Positions 38,432 through 51,900 of a DNA stretch of 64,000 nt are shown here, one piece after another (position 1 is the stretch's first letter; the number at the start of each line of letters is the position of its first letter). Made by a program: the position numbers and the translations under genes. This DNA is from the human T2T-CHM13v2.0 reference genome, Homo sapiens: NCBI RefSeq assembly GCF_009914755.1, contig NC_060928.1; one strand, given 5' to 3'. The notes under the pieces were generated by a model. The model did no database searches. It was not told the DNA's origin and worked only from the letters and a program-made list of their open reading frames with translations.

Positions 38432-40472
38432 CATTCTCAGAAACTTGTTTGTGATGTGTGTATTCAACTAACAGAGTTGAACTTTTGTTTTTACAGAGCC
38501 GTTTTAAAACACTCTTTTTGTGGAATCAGAAAGTGGATATTCGGATGGCTCTGAGGATTTCGTTGGAAGCGGGATTACATATAAAATCTAGAGAGAAGCA
38601 TTCTCAGGAACTTCTTTGTGATGTTTGCATTGAAGTCACAGAATTGAACATTCACTTTGATAGAGCAGGTTTGAAACACTCATTCTGTAGTATCTGGAAG
38701 TGGACATTTCAAGCGCTTTCAGGCCTATGGTGAGAAAGGAAATATCTTCGAATAAAAACTAGACAGAAGCATCCTCAGAAACTTATTTGTGATGTGTGTC
38801 CTCAACTAACAGAGTTGAAACTTTGTTTTGATACAGCATTTTGGAAACACTCTTTTTGTAGAATCTGCAGGTGGATATTTGGATAGCTTAGAGGGATTCG
38901 TTGGAAAGGGGATATCTTCATATAAAATCTAGACAGAAGCATTCTCAGAAACTTATTTGTGATGTGTGTCCTCAACTAACAGAGTTGAACCTTGGTTTTG
39001 ATACAGCATTTTGGAAACACTCCTTTTGTAGAATCTGCAGGTGGATATGTGGATAGCTCTGAAGATTTCGTTGGAAACGGGAATTTCTTCATATAAAATC
39101 AAACAGAAGCATTCTCAGAAACTTCTCAGTGATGTTTGCATTCAGCTCATGGAGTTGAACACTTCCTTTCATAGAGCCGGTTTGAAACACTCTTTCTGCA
39201 CTACCTGGAAGAGGACATTTCGAGCGCTTTGAGTCCTATGGTGAAAAAGGAAATATCTTCTCATAAAAACCAGAAAGAAGCATTCTCAGAAACTTCTTTG
39301 TGTTGTGTGTACTCATGTAACAGTGTTGAACCATCCTTTTGACAGAGCAGTTTTGAAACACTCTTTTTGTAGAATCTGCAAGTGGATATTTGGATAGCTT
39401 TGAGGATTTCGTTGGAAACGGGATGACATATAATATCTAGAGAGAAGCATTCTCAGGAACTTCTTTGTGATGTTTGCATTCAAGTCACAGAATTGAACAT
39501 TCCCTTTCATAGAGCAGGTTTGAAACACTCTTTCTCTAGTATCTGGAAGTGGGCATTTCAAGCGCTTTCAGGCCTATGGAGAGAAAGGAAATACCTTCAA
39601 ATAAAAACTAGACAGAAGCATTCTCAGAAACTTATTTGTGATGTGTGTCCTAAACGAACACAGTTGAACCTTTGTTTTGATACAGCATTTTGGAAACACT
39701 CCTTTTGTAGGATCTGCAGGTGGATATTTGGATAACTTTGAAGATTTCGTTGGAAACCGGAATATCTTCATAGAAACTCAAGACAGATGCATTCTCAGAA
39801 ACATCTCTGTGATGTTTGCATTCCACTCATAGAGTTGAAAACTTCCTTTCATAGAGCAGGTTTGAAACACTCTTTTTGTAATATTTGGAAGTGGACATTT
39901 GCAGCGCTTTGAGGCCTATGGTGAAAAAGGAAATATCTTCTCATAAAAACCAGAAACAAGCATTCTCAGAAACTTCTTTTTGATGTGTGTACTCAAGTAA
40001 CAGAGTTGAACCTTCCTTTTGACACAGCAGTTTTGAAACAATCTTTTTGTAGAATCTGCAAGTGGATATTTGGATAGCTTTGAGGATTTCGTTGGAAACG
40101 GGATATCTTCATATAAAATCTAGACAGAAGCTTTCTCAGAAACTTCTTTGTGCTGTATGTCCTCAATTAACAGAGTTGAACCATTGCTTGGATACAGCAT
40201 TTTGGAAACATTCCTTGAGTAGAATCTGCAAGTTGATATTTAGATAGATTTGAAGATTTCGTTGGAAAAGGGAATATCTCCATATAAAATCTAGAGGGAA
40301 GCATTCTCAGAAACTGCTTTGTGATGTTTCCATTCAAGTCACAGAGTTGAATATTCCCTTTTATAGAGCACGTTTGAAACACTCTTTCTGCACTATCTGG
40401 AAGTGGACATTTCGAGCGCTTTGAGGCCTATGGTGAAAAAGGAAATATCTTCCCATAAAAACTAGACAGAAG
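38432..40472 (+). repeat. 12-mer variant HOR, 2041 bp (m1-m7, m8/m15 mosaic, m16-m19)
   Basis: Anchors 38458 and 40499 are 2041 bp apart. The 1191-bp deficit equals the m8-to-m15 distance. Confidence 0.94.
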
Positions 40473-43400
40473 CATTCTCAGAAACTTGTTTGTGATGTGT
40501 GTATTCAACTAACAGAGTTGAACTTTTGTTTTTACAGAGCCGTTTTAAAACACTCTTTTTGTGGAATCAGAAAGTGGATATTCGGATGGCTCTGAGGATT
40601 TCGTTGGAAGCGGGATTACATATAAAATCTAGAGAGAAGCATTCTCAGGAACTTCTTTGTGATGTTTGCATTGAAGTCACAGAATTGAACATTCACTTTG
40701 ATAGAGCAGGTTTGAAACACTCATTCTGTAGTATCTGGAAGTGGACATTTCAAGCGCTTTCAGGCCTATGGTGAGAAAGGAAATATCTTCGAATAAAAAC
40801 TAGACAGAAGCATCCTCAGAAACTTATTTGTGATGTGTGTCCTCAACTAACAGAGTTGAAACTTTGTTTTGATACAGCATTTTGGAAACACTCTTTTTGT
40901 AGAATCTGCAGGTGGATATTTGGATAGCTTAGAGGGATTCGTTGGAAAGGGGATATCTTCATATAAAATCTAGACAGAAGCATTCTCAGAAACTTATTTG
41001 TGATGTGTGTCCTCAACTAACAGAGTTGAACCTTGGTTTTGATACAGCATTTTGGAAACACTCCTTTTGTAGAATCTGCAGGTGGATATGTGGATAGCTC
41101 TGAAGATTTCGTTGGAAACGGGAATTTCTTCATATAAAATCAAACAGAAGCATTCTCAGAAACTTCTCAGTGATGTTTGCATTCAGCTCATGGAGTTGAA
41201 CACTTCCTTTCATAGAGCCGGTTTGAAACACTCTTTCTGCACTACCTGGAAGAGGACATTTCGAGCGCTTTGAGTCCTATGGTGAAAAAGGAAATATCTT
41301 CTCATAAAAACCAGAAAGAAGCATTCTCAGAAACTTCTTTGTGTTGTGTGTACTCATGTAACAGTGTTGAACCATCCTTTTGACAGAGCAGTTTTGAAAC
41401 ACTCTTTTTGTAGAATCTGCAAGTGGATATTTGGATAGCTTTGAGGATTTCGTTGGAAACGGGATGACATATAATATCTAGACAGAAGCATTCTCAGGAA
41501 CTTCTTTGTGATGTTTGCATTCAAGTCACAGAATTGAACATTCCCTTTCATAGAGCAGGTTTGAAACACTCTTTCTCTAGTATCTGGAAGTGGGCATTTC
41601 AAGCGCTTTCAGGCCTATGGAGAGAAAGGAAATACCTTCAAATAAAAACTAGACAGAAGCATTCTCAGAAACTTATTTGTGATGTGTGTCCTCAACTAAC
41701 AGAGTTGAACCTTTGTTTTGATACAGCATTTTGGAAACACTCCTTTTGTAGAATCTGCAGGTGGATATTTGGATAACTTTGAAGATTTCGTTGGAAACCG
41801 GAATATCTTCATATAAAATCAAGACAGAAGCATTCTCGGAAACATCTCTGTGATGTTTGCATTCAACTCAGTAGAGTTGAACACTTCCTTTCATAGAGCC
41901 GGTTTGAAACACTCTTTCTGCACTACCTGGAAGCGGACATTTCGAGCGCTTTGAGGCCTATGGTGAAAAAGGAAATATCTTCTCATAAAAACCAGAAAGA
42001 AGCATTCTCAGAAACTTCTTTGTGTTGTGTGTACTCAAGTAACAGTGTTGAACCTTCCTTTTGACACAGCAGTTTTGAAACACTCTTTTGGTAGAATCTG
42101 CAAGTGGATATTTGGATAGCTTTGAGGATTTCGTTGGAAACGGGTTATCTTCATATAAAATCCAGACAGGAGCATTCTCAGAAACTTCTTTGTGCTGCAT
42201 GTCCTCAATTCACAGAGCTGAACCTTTGTTTGGATACAGCATTTTGGAAACATTCCTTTAGTAGAATCTGCAAGTTGATATTTAGATAGCTTTGAAGATT
42301 TCGTTGGAAACGGGAATATCTTCATAGAAAATCTAGACGGAAGCATTCTCAGAAACTGCTTTGTGATGTTTGCATTCAAGTCACAGAGTTGAATATTCCC
42401 TTTTATAGAGTAGGTTTGAAACACTCTTTCGGCACTACCTGGAAGTGGATATTTCGAGCTCTTTGAGGCCTATGGTTAAAAGGAAATATCTTCCCATAAA
42501 AACTAGACAGAAGCCGTCTCAGAAACTTGTTTGTGATGTGTGTATTCAACTACCAGAGTTGAACATTTCTGTTACAGAGCAATTTTAAAACACTCTTTTT
42601 GTGGAATCTGAAAGTGGATAATTGGATAGCTTTGTGGATTTCGTTGGAAACGGGATGACGTATAAAATCTAGAGAGAAGCATTCTCAGGAACTTCTTTGT
42701 GATGTTTGCATTCAAGTCACAGAATTGAACATTCCTTTTCATAGTGCAGGTTTGAAACACTCTTTCTGTAGTATCTGGAAGTGGACATTTCAAGCGCTTT
42801 CAGGCCTACGGGGAGAAAGGAAATATCTTCAAATAAAAACTAGACAGAAGGATTCTCAGAAACTTATTTGTGATGTGTGTCCTAAACGAACACAGTTGAA
42901 CCTTTGTTTAGATACAGCATTTTGGAAACACTCCTTTTGTAGGATCTGCAGGTGGATATTTGGATAGATTTTAAGATTTCGTTGGAAACGGGAGTTTCTT
43001 CATAGAAACTCAAGACAGATGCATTCTCAGAAACATCTCTGTGATGTTTGCATTCCACTCATAGAGTTGAAAACTTCCTTTCATAGAGCAGGTTTGAAAC
43101 ACTCTTTTTGTAATATTTGGAAGTGGACATTTGCAGCGCTTTGAGGCCTATGGTGAAAAAGGAAATATCTTCTCATAAAAACCAGAAACAAGCATTCTCA
43201 GAAACTTCTTTTTGATGTGTGTACTCAAATAACAGAGTTGAACCTTCCTTTTGACACAGCAGTTTTGAAACAATCTTTTTGTAGAATCTGCAAGTGGATA
43301 TTTGGATAGCTTTGAGGATTTCGTTGGAAACGGGATATCTTCATATAAAATCTAGACAGAAGCATTCTCAGAAACTTCTTTGTGCTGTATGTCCTCAATT

Positions 43401-43704
43401 AACAGAGTTGAACCATTGCTTGGATACAGCATTTTGGAAACATTCCTTTAGTAGAATCTGCAAGTTGATATTTAGATAGATTTGAAGATTTCGTTGGAAA
43501 AGGGAATATCTCCATATAAAATCTAGACGGAAGCATTCTCAGAAACTGCTTTGTGATGTTTCCATTCAAGTCACAGAGTTGAATATTCCCTTTTATAGAG
43601 CACGTTTGAAACACTCTTTCTGCACTATCTGGAAGTGGACATTTCGAGCGCTTTGAGGCCTATGGTGAAAAAGGAAATATCTTCCCATAAAAATTAGACA
43701 GAAG
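40473..43704 (+). repeat. Canonical 19-mer HOR
   Basis: Anchors 40499 and 43731. Confidence 0.94.
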
Positions 43705-44721
43705 CATTCTCAGAAACTTGTTTGTGATGTGTGTATTCAACTAACAGAGTTGAACTTTTGTTTTTACAGAGCCGTTTTAAAACACTCTTTTTGTGGAATC
43801 AGAAAGTGGATATTCGGATGGCTCTGAGGATTTCGTTGGAAGCGGGATTACATATAAAATCTAGAGAGAAGCATTCTCAGGAACTTCTTTGTGATGTTTG
43901 CATTGAAGTCACAGAATTGAACATTCACTTTGATAGAGCAGGTTTGAAACACTCATTCTGTAGTATCTGGAAGTGGACATTTCAAGCGCTTTCAGGCCTA
44001 TGGTGAAAAAGGAAATATCTTCGAATAAAAACTAGACAGAAGCATCCTCAGAAACTTATTTGTGATGTGTGTCCTCAACTAACAGAGTTGAAACTTTGTT
44101 TTGATACAGCATTTTGGAAACACTCCTTTTGTAGAATCTGCAGGTGGATATGTGGATAGCTCTGAAGATTTCGTTGGAAACGGGAATTTCTTCATATAAA
44201 ATCAAACAGAAGCATTCTCAGAAACTTCTCAGTGATGTTTGCATTCAGCTCATGGAGTTGAACACTTCCTTTCATAGAGCCGGTTTGAAACACTCTTTCT
44301 GCACTACCTGGAAGAGGCCATTTCGAGCGCTTTGAGTCCTATGGTGAAAAAGGAAATATCTTCTCATAAAAACCAGAAAGAAGCATTCTCAGAAACTTCT
44401 TTGTGTTGTGTGTACTCATGTAACAGTGTTGAACCATCCTTTTGACAGAGCAGTTTTGAAACACTCTTTTTGTAGAATCTGCAAGTGGATATTTGGATAG
44501 CTTTGAGGATTTCGTTGGAAACGGGATGACATATAATATCTAGAGAGAAGCATTCTCAGGAACTTCTTTGTGCTGTTTGCATTCAAGTCACAGAATTGAA
44601 CATTCCCTTTCATAGAGCAGATTTGAAACACTCTTTCTCTAGTATCTGGAAGTGGGCATTTCAAGCGCTTTCAGGCCTATTGAGAGAAAGGAAATACCTT
44701 CAAATAAAAACTAGACAGAAG
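43705..44721 (+). repeat. 6-mer variant HOR, 1017 bp
   Basis: Anchors 43731 and 44748; diagnostic alleles present. Confidence 0.94.
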
Positions 44722-47700
44722 CATTCTCAGAAACTTGTTTGTGATGTGTGTATTCAACTAACAGAGTTGAACTTTTGTTTTTACAGAGCCGTTTTAAAAC
44801 ACTCTTTTTGTGGAATCAGAAAGTGGATATTCGGATGGCTCTGAGGATTTCGTTGGAAGCGGGATTACATATAAAATCTAGAGAGAAGCATTCTCAGGAA
44901 CTTCTTTGTGATGTTTGCATTGAAGTCACAGAATTGAACATTCACTTTGATAGAGCAGGTTTGAAACACTCATTCTGTAGTATCTGGAAGTGGACATTTC
45001 AAGCGCTTTCAGGCCTATGGTGAGAAAGGAAATATCTTCGAATAAAAACTAGACAGAAGCATCCTCAGAAACTTATTTGTGATGTGTGTCCTCAACTAAC
45101 AGAGTTGAAACTTTGTTTTGATACAGCATTTTGGAAACACTCTTTTTGTAGAATCTGCAGGTGGATATTTGGATAGCTTAGAGGGATTCGTTGGAAAGGG
45201 GATATCTTCATATAAAATCTAGACAGAAGCATTCTCAGAAACTTATTTGTGATGTGTGTCCTCAACTAACAGAGTTGAACCTTGGTTTTGATACAGCATT
45301 TTGGAAACACTCCTTTTGTAGAATCTGCAGGTGGATATGTGGATAGCTCTGAAGATTTCGTTGGAAACGGGAATTTCTTCATATAAAATCAAACAGAAGC
45401 ATTCTCAGAAACTTCTCAGTGATGTTTGCATTCAGCTCATGGAGTTGAACACTTCCTTTCATAGAGCCGGTTTGAAACACTCTTTCTGCACTACCTGGAA
45501 GAGGACATTTCGAGCGCTTTGAGTCCTATGGTGAAAAAGGAAATATCTTCTCATAAAAACCAGAAAGAAGCATTCTCAGAAACTTCTTTGTGTTGTGTGT
45601 ACTCATGTAACAGTGTTGAACCATCCTTTTGACAGAGCAGTTTTGAAACACTCTTTTTGTAGAATCTGCAAGTGGATATTTGGATAGCTTTGAGGATTTC
45701 GTTGGAAACGGGATGACATATAATATCTAGAGAGAAGCATTCTCAGGAACTTCTTTGTGATGTTTGCATTCAAGTCACAGAATTGAACATTCCCTTTCAT
45801 AGAGCAGGTTTGAAACACTCTTTCTCTAGTATCTGGAAGTGGGCATTTCAAGCGCTTTCAGGCCTATGGAGAGAAAGGAAATACCTTCAAATAAAAACTA
45901 GACAGAAGCATTCTCAGAAACTTATTTGTGATGTGTGTCCTCAACTAACAGAGTTGAACCTTTGTTTTGATACAGCATTTTGGAAACACTCCTTTTGTAG
46001 AATCTGCAGGTGGATATTTGGATAACTTTGAAGATTTCGTTGGAAACCGGAATATCTTCATATAAAATCAAGACAGAAGCATTCTCGGAAACATCTCTGT
46101 GATGTTTGCATTCAACTCAGTAGAGTTGATCACTTCCTTTCATAGAGCAGGTTTGAAACACTCTTTCTGCACTACCTGGAAGCGGACATTTCGAGCGCTT
46201 TGAGGCCTATGGTGAAAAAGGAAATATCTTCTCATAAAAACCAGAAAGAAGCATTCTCAGAAACTTCTTTGTGTTGTGTGTACTCAAGTAACAGTGTTGA
46301 ACCTTCCTTTTGACACAGCAGTTTTGAAACACTCTTTTGGTAGAATCTGCAAGTGGATATTTGGATAGCTTTGAGGATTTCGTTGGAAACGGGTTATCTT
46401 CATATAAAATCCAGACAGGAGCATTCTCAGAAACTTCTTTGTGCTGCATGTCCTCAATTCACAGAGCTGAACCTTTGTTTGGATACAGCATTTTGGAAAC
46501 ATTCCTTTAGTAAAATCTGCAAGTTGATATTTAGATAGCTTTGAAGATTTCGTTGGTAACGGGAATATCTTCATAGAAAATCTAGACGGAAGCATTCTCA
46601 GAAACTGCTTTGTGATGTTTGCATTCAAGTCACAGAGTTGAATATTCCCTTTTATAGAGTAGGTTTGAAACACTCTTTCGGCACTACCTGGAAGTGGATA
46701 TTTCGAGCTCTTTGAGGCCTATGGTTAAAAGGAAATATCTTCCCATAAAAACTAGACAGAAGCCGTCTCAGAAACTTGTTTGTGATGTGTGTATTCAACT
46801 ACCAGAGTTGAACATTTCTGTTACAGAGCAATTTTAAAACACTCTTTTTGTGGAATCTGAAAGTGGATAATTGGATAGCTTTGTGGATTTCGTTGGAAAC
46901 GGGATGACGTATAAAATCTAGAGAGAAGCATTCTCAGGAACTTCTTTCTGATGTTTGCATTCAAGTCACAGAATTGAACATTCCTTTTCATAGTGCAGGT
47001 TTGAAACACTCTTTCTGTAGTATCTGGAAGTGGACATTTCAAGCGCTTTCAGGCCTACGGGGAGAAAGGAAATATCTTCAAATAAAAACTAGACAGAAGG
47101 ATTCTCAGAAACTTATTTGTGATGTGTGTCCTAAACGAACACAGTTGAACCTTTGTTTTGATACAGCATTTTGGAAACACTCCTTTTGTAGGATCTGCAG
47201 GTGGATATTTGGATAGATTTTAAGATTTCGTTGGAAACGGGAGTTTCTTCATAGAAACTCAAGACAGATGCATTCTCAGAAACATCTCTGTGATGTTTGC
47301 ATTCCACTCATAGAGTTGAAAACTTCCTTTCATAGAGCAGGTTTGAAACACTCTTTTTGTAATATTTGGAAGTGGACATTTGCAGCGCTTTGAGGCCTAT
47401 GGTGAAAAAGGAAATATCTTCTCATAAAAACCAGAAACAAGCATTCTCAGAAACTTCTTTTTGATGTGTGTACTCAAATAACAGAGTTGAACCTTCCTTT
47501 TGACACAGCAGTTTTGAAACAATCTTTTTGTAGAATCTGCAAGTGGATATTTGGATAGCTTTGAGGATTTCGTTGGAAACGGGATATCTTCATATAAAAT
47601 CTAGACAGAAGCATTCTCAGAAACTTCTTTGTGCTGTATGTCCTCAATTAACAGAGTTGAACCATTGCTTGGATACAGCATTTTGGAAACATTCCTTTAG

Positions 47701-47953
47701 TAGAATCTGCAAGTTGATATTTAGATAGATTTGAAGATTTCGTTGGAAAAGGGAATATCTCCATATAAAATCTAGACGGAAGCATTCTCAGAAACTGCTT
47801 TGTGATGTTTCCATTCAAGTCACAGAGTTGAATATTCCCTTTTATAGAGCACGTTTGAAACACTCTTTCTGCACTATCTGGAAGTGGACATTTCGAGCGC
47901 TTTGAGGCCTATGGTGAAAAAGGAAATATCTTCCCATAAAAATTAGACAGAAG
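44722..47953 (+). repeat. 19-mer HOR with mutated m11 CENP-B box
   Basis: Anchors 44748 and 47980; TTCGTTGGTAACGGG with the variant T at 46557. Confidence 0.94.
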
Positions 47954-48970
47954 CATTCTCAGAAACTTGTTTGTGATGTGTGTATTCAACTAACAGAGTT
48001 GAACTTTTGTTTTTACAGAGCCGTTTTAAAACACTCTTTTTGTGGAATCAGAAAGTGGATATTCGGATGGCTCTGAGGATTTCGTTGGAAGCGGGATTAC
48101 ATATAAAATCTAGAGAGAAGCATTCTCAGGAACTTCTTTGTGATGTTTGCATTGAAGTCACAGAATTGAACATTCACTTTGATAGAGCAGGTTTGAAACA
48201 CTCATTCTGTAGTATCTGGAAGTGGACATTTCAAGCGCTTTCAGGCCTATGGTGAAAAAGGAAATATCTTCGAATAAAAACTAGACAGAAGCATCCTCAG
48301 AAACTTATTTGTGATGTGTGTCCTCAACTAACAGAGTTGAAACTTTGTTTTGATACAGCATTTTGGAAACACTCCTTTTGTAGAATCTGCAGGTGGATAT
48401 GTGGATAGCTCTGAAGATTTCGTTGGAAACGGGAATTTCTTCATATAAAATCAAACAGAAGCATTCTCAGAAACTTCTCAGTGATGTTTGCATTCAGCTC
48501 ATGGAGTTGAACACTTCCTTTCATAGAGCCGGTTTGAAACACTCTTTCTGCACTACCTGGAAGAGGCCATTTCGAGCGCTTTGAGTCCTATGGTGAAAAA
48601 GGAAATATCTTCTCATAAAAACCAGAAAGAAGCATTCTCAGAAACTTCTTTGTGTTGTGTGTACTCATGTAACAGTGTTGAACCATCCTTTTGACAGAGC
48701 AGTTTTGAAACACTCTTTTTGTAGAATCTGCAAGTGGATATTTGGATAGCTTTGAGGATTTCGTTGGAAACGGGATGACATATAATATCTAGAGAGAAGC
48801 ATTCTCAGGAACTTCTTTGTGCTGTTTGCATTCAAGTCACAGAATTGAACATTCCCTTTCATAGAGCAGATTTGAAACACTCTTTCTCTAGTATCTGGAA
48901 GTGGGCATTTCAAGCGCTTTCAGGCCTATTGAGAGAAAGGAAATACCTTCAAATAAAAACTAGACAGAAG
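47954..48970 (+). repeat. 6-mer variant HOR, 1017 bp
   Basis: Anchors 47980 and 48997; diagnostic alleles present. Confidence 0.94.
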
Positions 48971-51900
48971 CATTCTCAGAAACTTGTTTGTGATGTGTGT
49001 ATTCAACTAACAGAGTTGAACTTTTGTTTTTACAGAGCCGTTTTAAAACACTCTTTTTGTGGAATCAGAAAGTGGATATTCGGATGGCTCTGAGGATTTC
49101 GTTGGAAGCGGGATTACATATAAAATCTAGAGAGAAGCATTCTCAGGAACTTCTTTGTGATGTTTGCATTGAAGTCACAGAATTGAACATTCACTTTGAT
49201 AGAGCAGGTTTGAAACACTCATTCTGTAGTATCTGGAAGTGGACATTTCAAGCGCTTTCAGGCCTATGGTGAGAAAGGAAATATCTTCGAATAAAAACTA
49301 GACAGAAGCATCCTCAGAAACTTATTTGTGATGTGTGTCCTCAACTAACAGAGTTGAAACTTTGTTTTGATACAGCATTTTGGAAACACTCTTTTTGTAG
49401 AATCTGCAGGTGGATATTTGGATAGCTTAGAGGGATTCGTTGGAAAGGGGATATCTTCATATAAAATCTAGACAGAAGCATTCTCAGAAACTTATTTGTG
49501 ATGTGTGTCCTCAACTAACAGAGTTGAACCTTGGTTTTGATACAGCATTTTGGAAACACTCCTTTTGTAGAATCTGCAGGTGGATATGTGGATAGCTCTG
49601 AAGATTTCGTTGGAAACGGGAATTTCTTCATATAAAATCAAACAGAAGCATTCTCAGAAACTTCTCAGTGATGTTTGCATTCAGCTCATGGAGTTGAACA
49701 CTTCCTTTCATAGAGCCGGTTTGAAACACTCTTTCTGCACTACCTGGAAGAGGACATTTCGAGCGCTTTGAGTCCTATGGTGAAAAAGGAAATATCTTCT
49801 CATAAAAACCAGAAAGAAGCATTCTCAGAAACTTCTTTGTGTTGTGTGTACTCATGTAACAGTGTTGAACCATCCTTTTGACAGAGCAGTTTTGAAACAC
49901 TCTTTTTGTAGAATCTGCAAGTGGATATTTGGATAGCTTTGAGGATTTCGTTGGAAACGGGATGACATATAATATCTAGAGAGAAGCATTCTCAGGAACT
50001 TCTTTGTGATGTTTGCATTCAAGTCACAGAATTGAACATTCCCTTTCATAGAGCAGGTTTGAAACACTCTTTCTCTAGTATCTGGAAGTGGGCATTTCAA
50101 GCGCTTTCAGGCCTATGGAGAGAAAGGAAATACCTTCAAATAAAAACTAGACAGAAGCATTCTCAGAAACTTATTTGTGATGTGTGTCCTCAACTAACAG
50201 AGTTGAACCTTTGTTTTGATACAGCATTTTGGAAACACTCCTTTTGTAGAATCTGCAGGTGGATATTTGGATAACTTTGAAGATTTCGTTGGAAACCGGA
50301 ATATCTTCATATAAAATCAAGACAGAAGCATTCTCGGAAACATCTCTGTGATGTTTGCATTCAACTCAGTAGAGTTGAACACTTCCTTTCATAGAGCAGG
50401 TTTGAAACACTCTTTCTGCACTACCTGGAAGCGGACATTTCGAGCGCTTTGAGGCCTATGGTGAAAAAGGAAATATCTTCTCATAAAAACCAGAAAGAAG
50501 CATTCTCAGAAACTTCTTTGTGTTGTGTGTACTCAAGTAACAGTGTTGAACCTTCCTTTTGACACAGCAGTTTTGAAACACTCTTTTGGTAGAATCTGCA
50601 AGTGGATATTTGGATAGGTTTGAGGATTTCGTTGGAAACGGGTTATCTTCATATAAAATCCAGACAGGAGCATTCTCAGAAACTTCTTTGTGCTGCATGT
50701 CCTCAATTCACAGAGCTGAACCTTTGTTTGGATACAGCATTTTGGAAACATTCCTTTAGTAGAATCTGCAAGTTGATATTTAGATAGCTTTGAAGATTTC
50801 GTTGGTAACGGGAATATCTTCATAGAAAATCTAGACGGAAGCATTCTCAGAAACTGCTTTGTGATGTTTGCATTCAAGTCACAGAGTTGAATATTCCCTT
50901 TTATAGAGTAGGTTTGAAACACTCTTTCGGCACTACCTGGAAGTGGATATTTCGAGCTCTTTGAGGCCTATGGTTAAAAGGAAATATCTTCCCATAAAAA
51001 CTAGACAGAAGCCGTCTCAGAAACTTGTTTGTGATGTGTGTATTCAACTACCAGAGTTGAACATTTCTGTTACAGAGCAATTTTAAAACACTCTTTTTGT
51101 GGAATCTGAAAGTGGATAATTGGATAGCTTTGTGGATTTCGTTGGAAACGGGATGACGTATAAAATCTAGAGAGAAGCATTCTCAGGAACTTCTTTCTGA
51201 TGTTTGCATTCAAGTCACAGAATTGAACATTCCTTTTCATAGTGCAGGTTTGAAACACTCTTTCTGTAGTATCTGGAAGTGGACATTTCAAGCGCTTTCA
51301 GGCCTACGGGGAGAAAGGAAATATCTTCAAATAAAAACTAGACAGAAGGATTCTCAGAAACTTATTTGTGATGTGTGTCCTAAACGAACACAGTTGAACC
51401 TTTGTTTTGATACAGCATTTTGGAAACACTCCTTTTGTAGGATCTGCAGGTGGATATTTGGATAGATTTTAAGATTTCGTTGGAAACGGGAGTTTCTTCA
51501 TAGAAACTCAAGACAGATGCATTCTCAGAAACATCTCTGTGATGTTTGCATTCCACTCATAGAGTTGAAAACTTCCTTTCATAGAGCAGGTTTGAAACAC
51601 TCTTTTTGTAATATTTGGAAGTGGACATTTGCAGCGCTTTGAGGCCTATGGTGAAAAAGGAAATATCTTCTCATAAAAACCAGAAACAAGCATTCTCAGA
51701 AACTTCTTTTTGATGTGTGTACTCAAGTAACAGAGTTGAACCTTCCTTTTGACACAGCAGTTTTGAAACAATCTTTTTGTAGAATCTGCAAGTGGATATT
51801 TGGATAGCTTTGAGGATTTCGTTGGAAACGGGATATCTTCATATAAAATCTAGACAGAAGCATTCTCAGAAACTTCTTTGTGCTGTATGTCCTCAATTAA

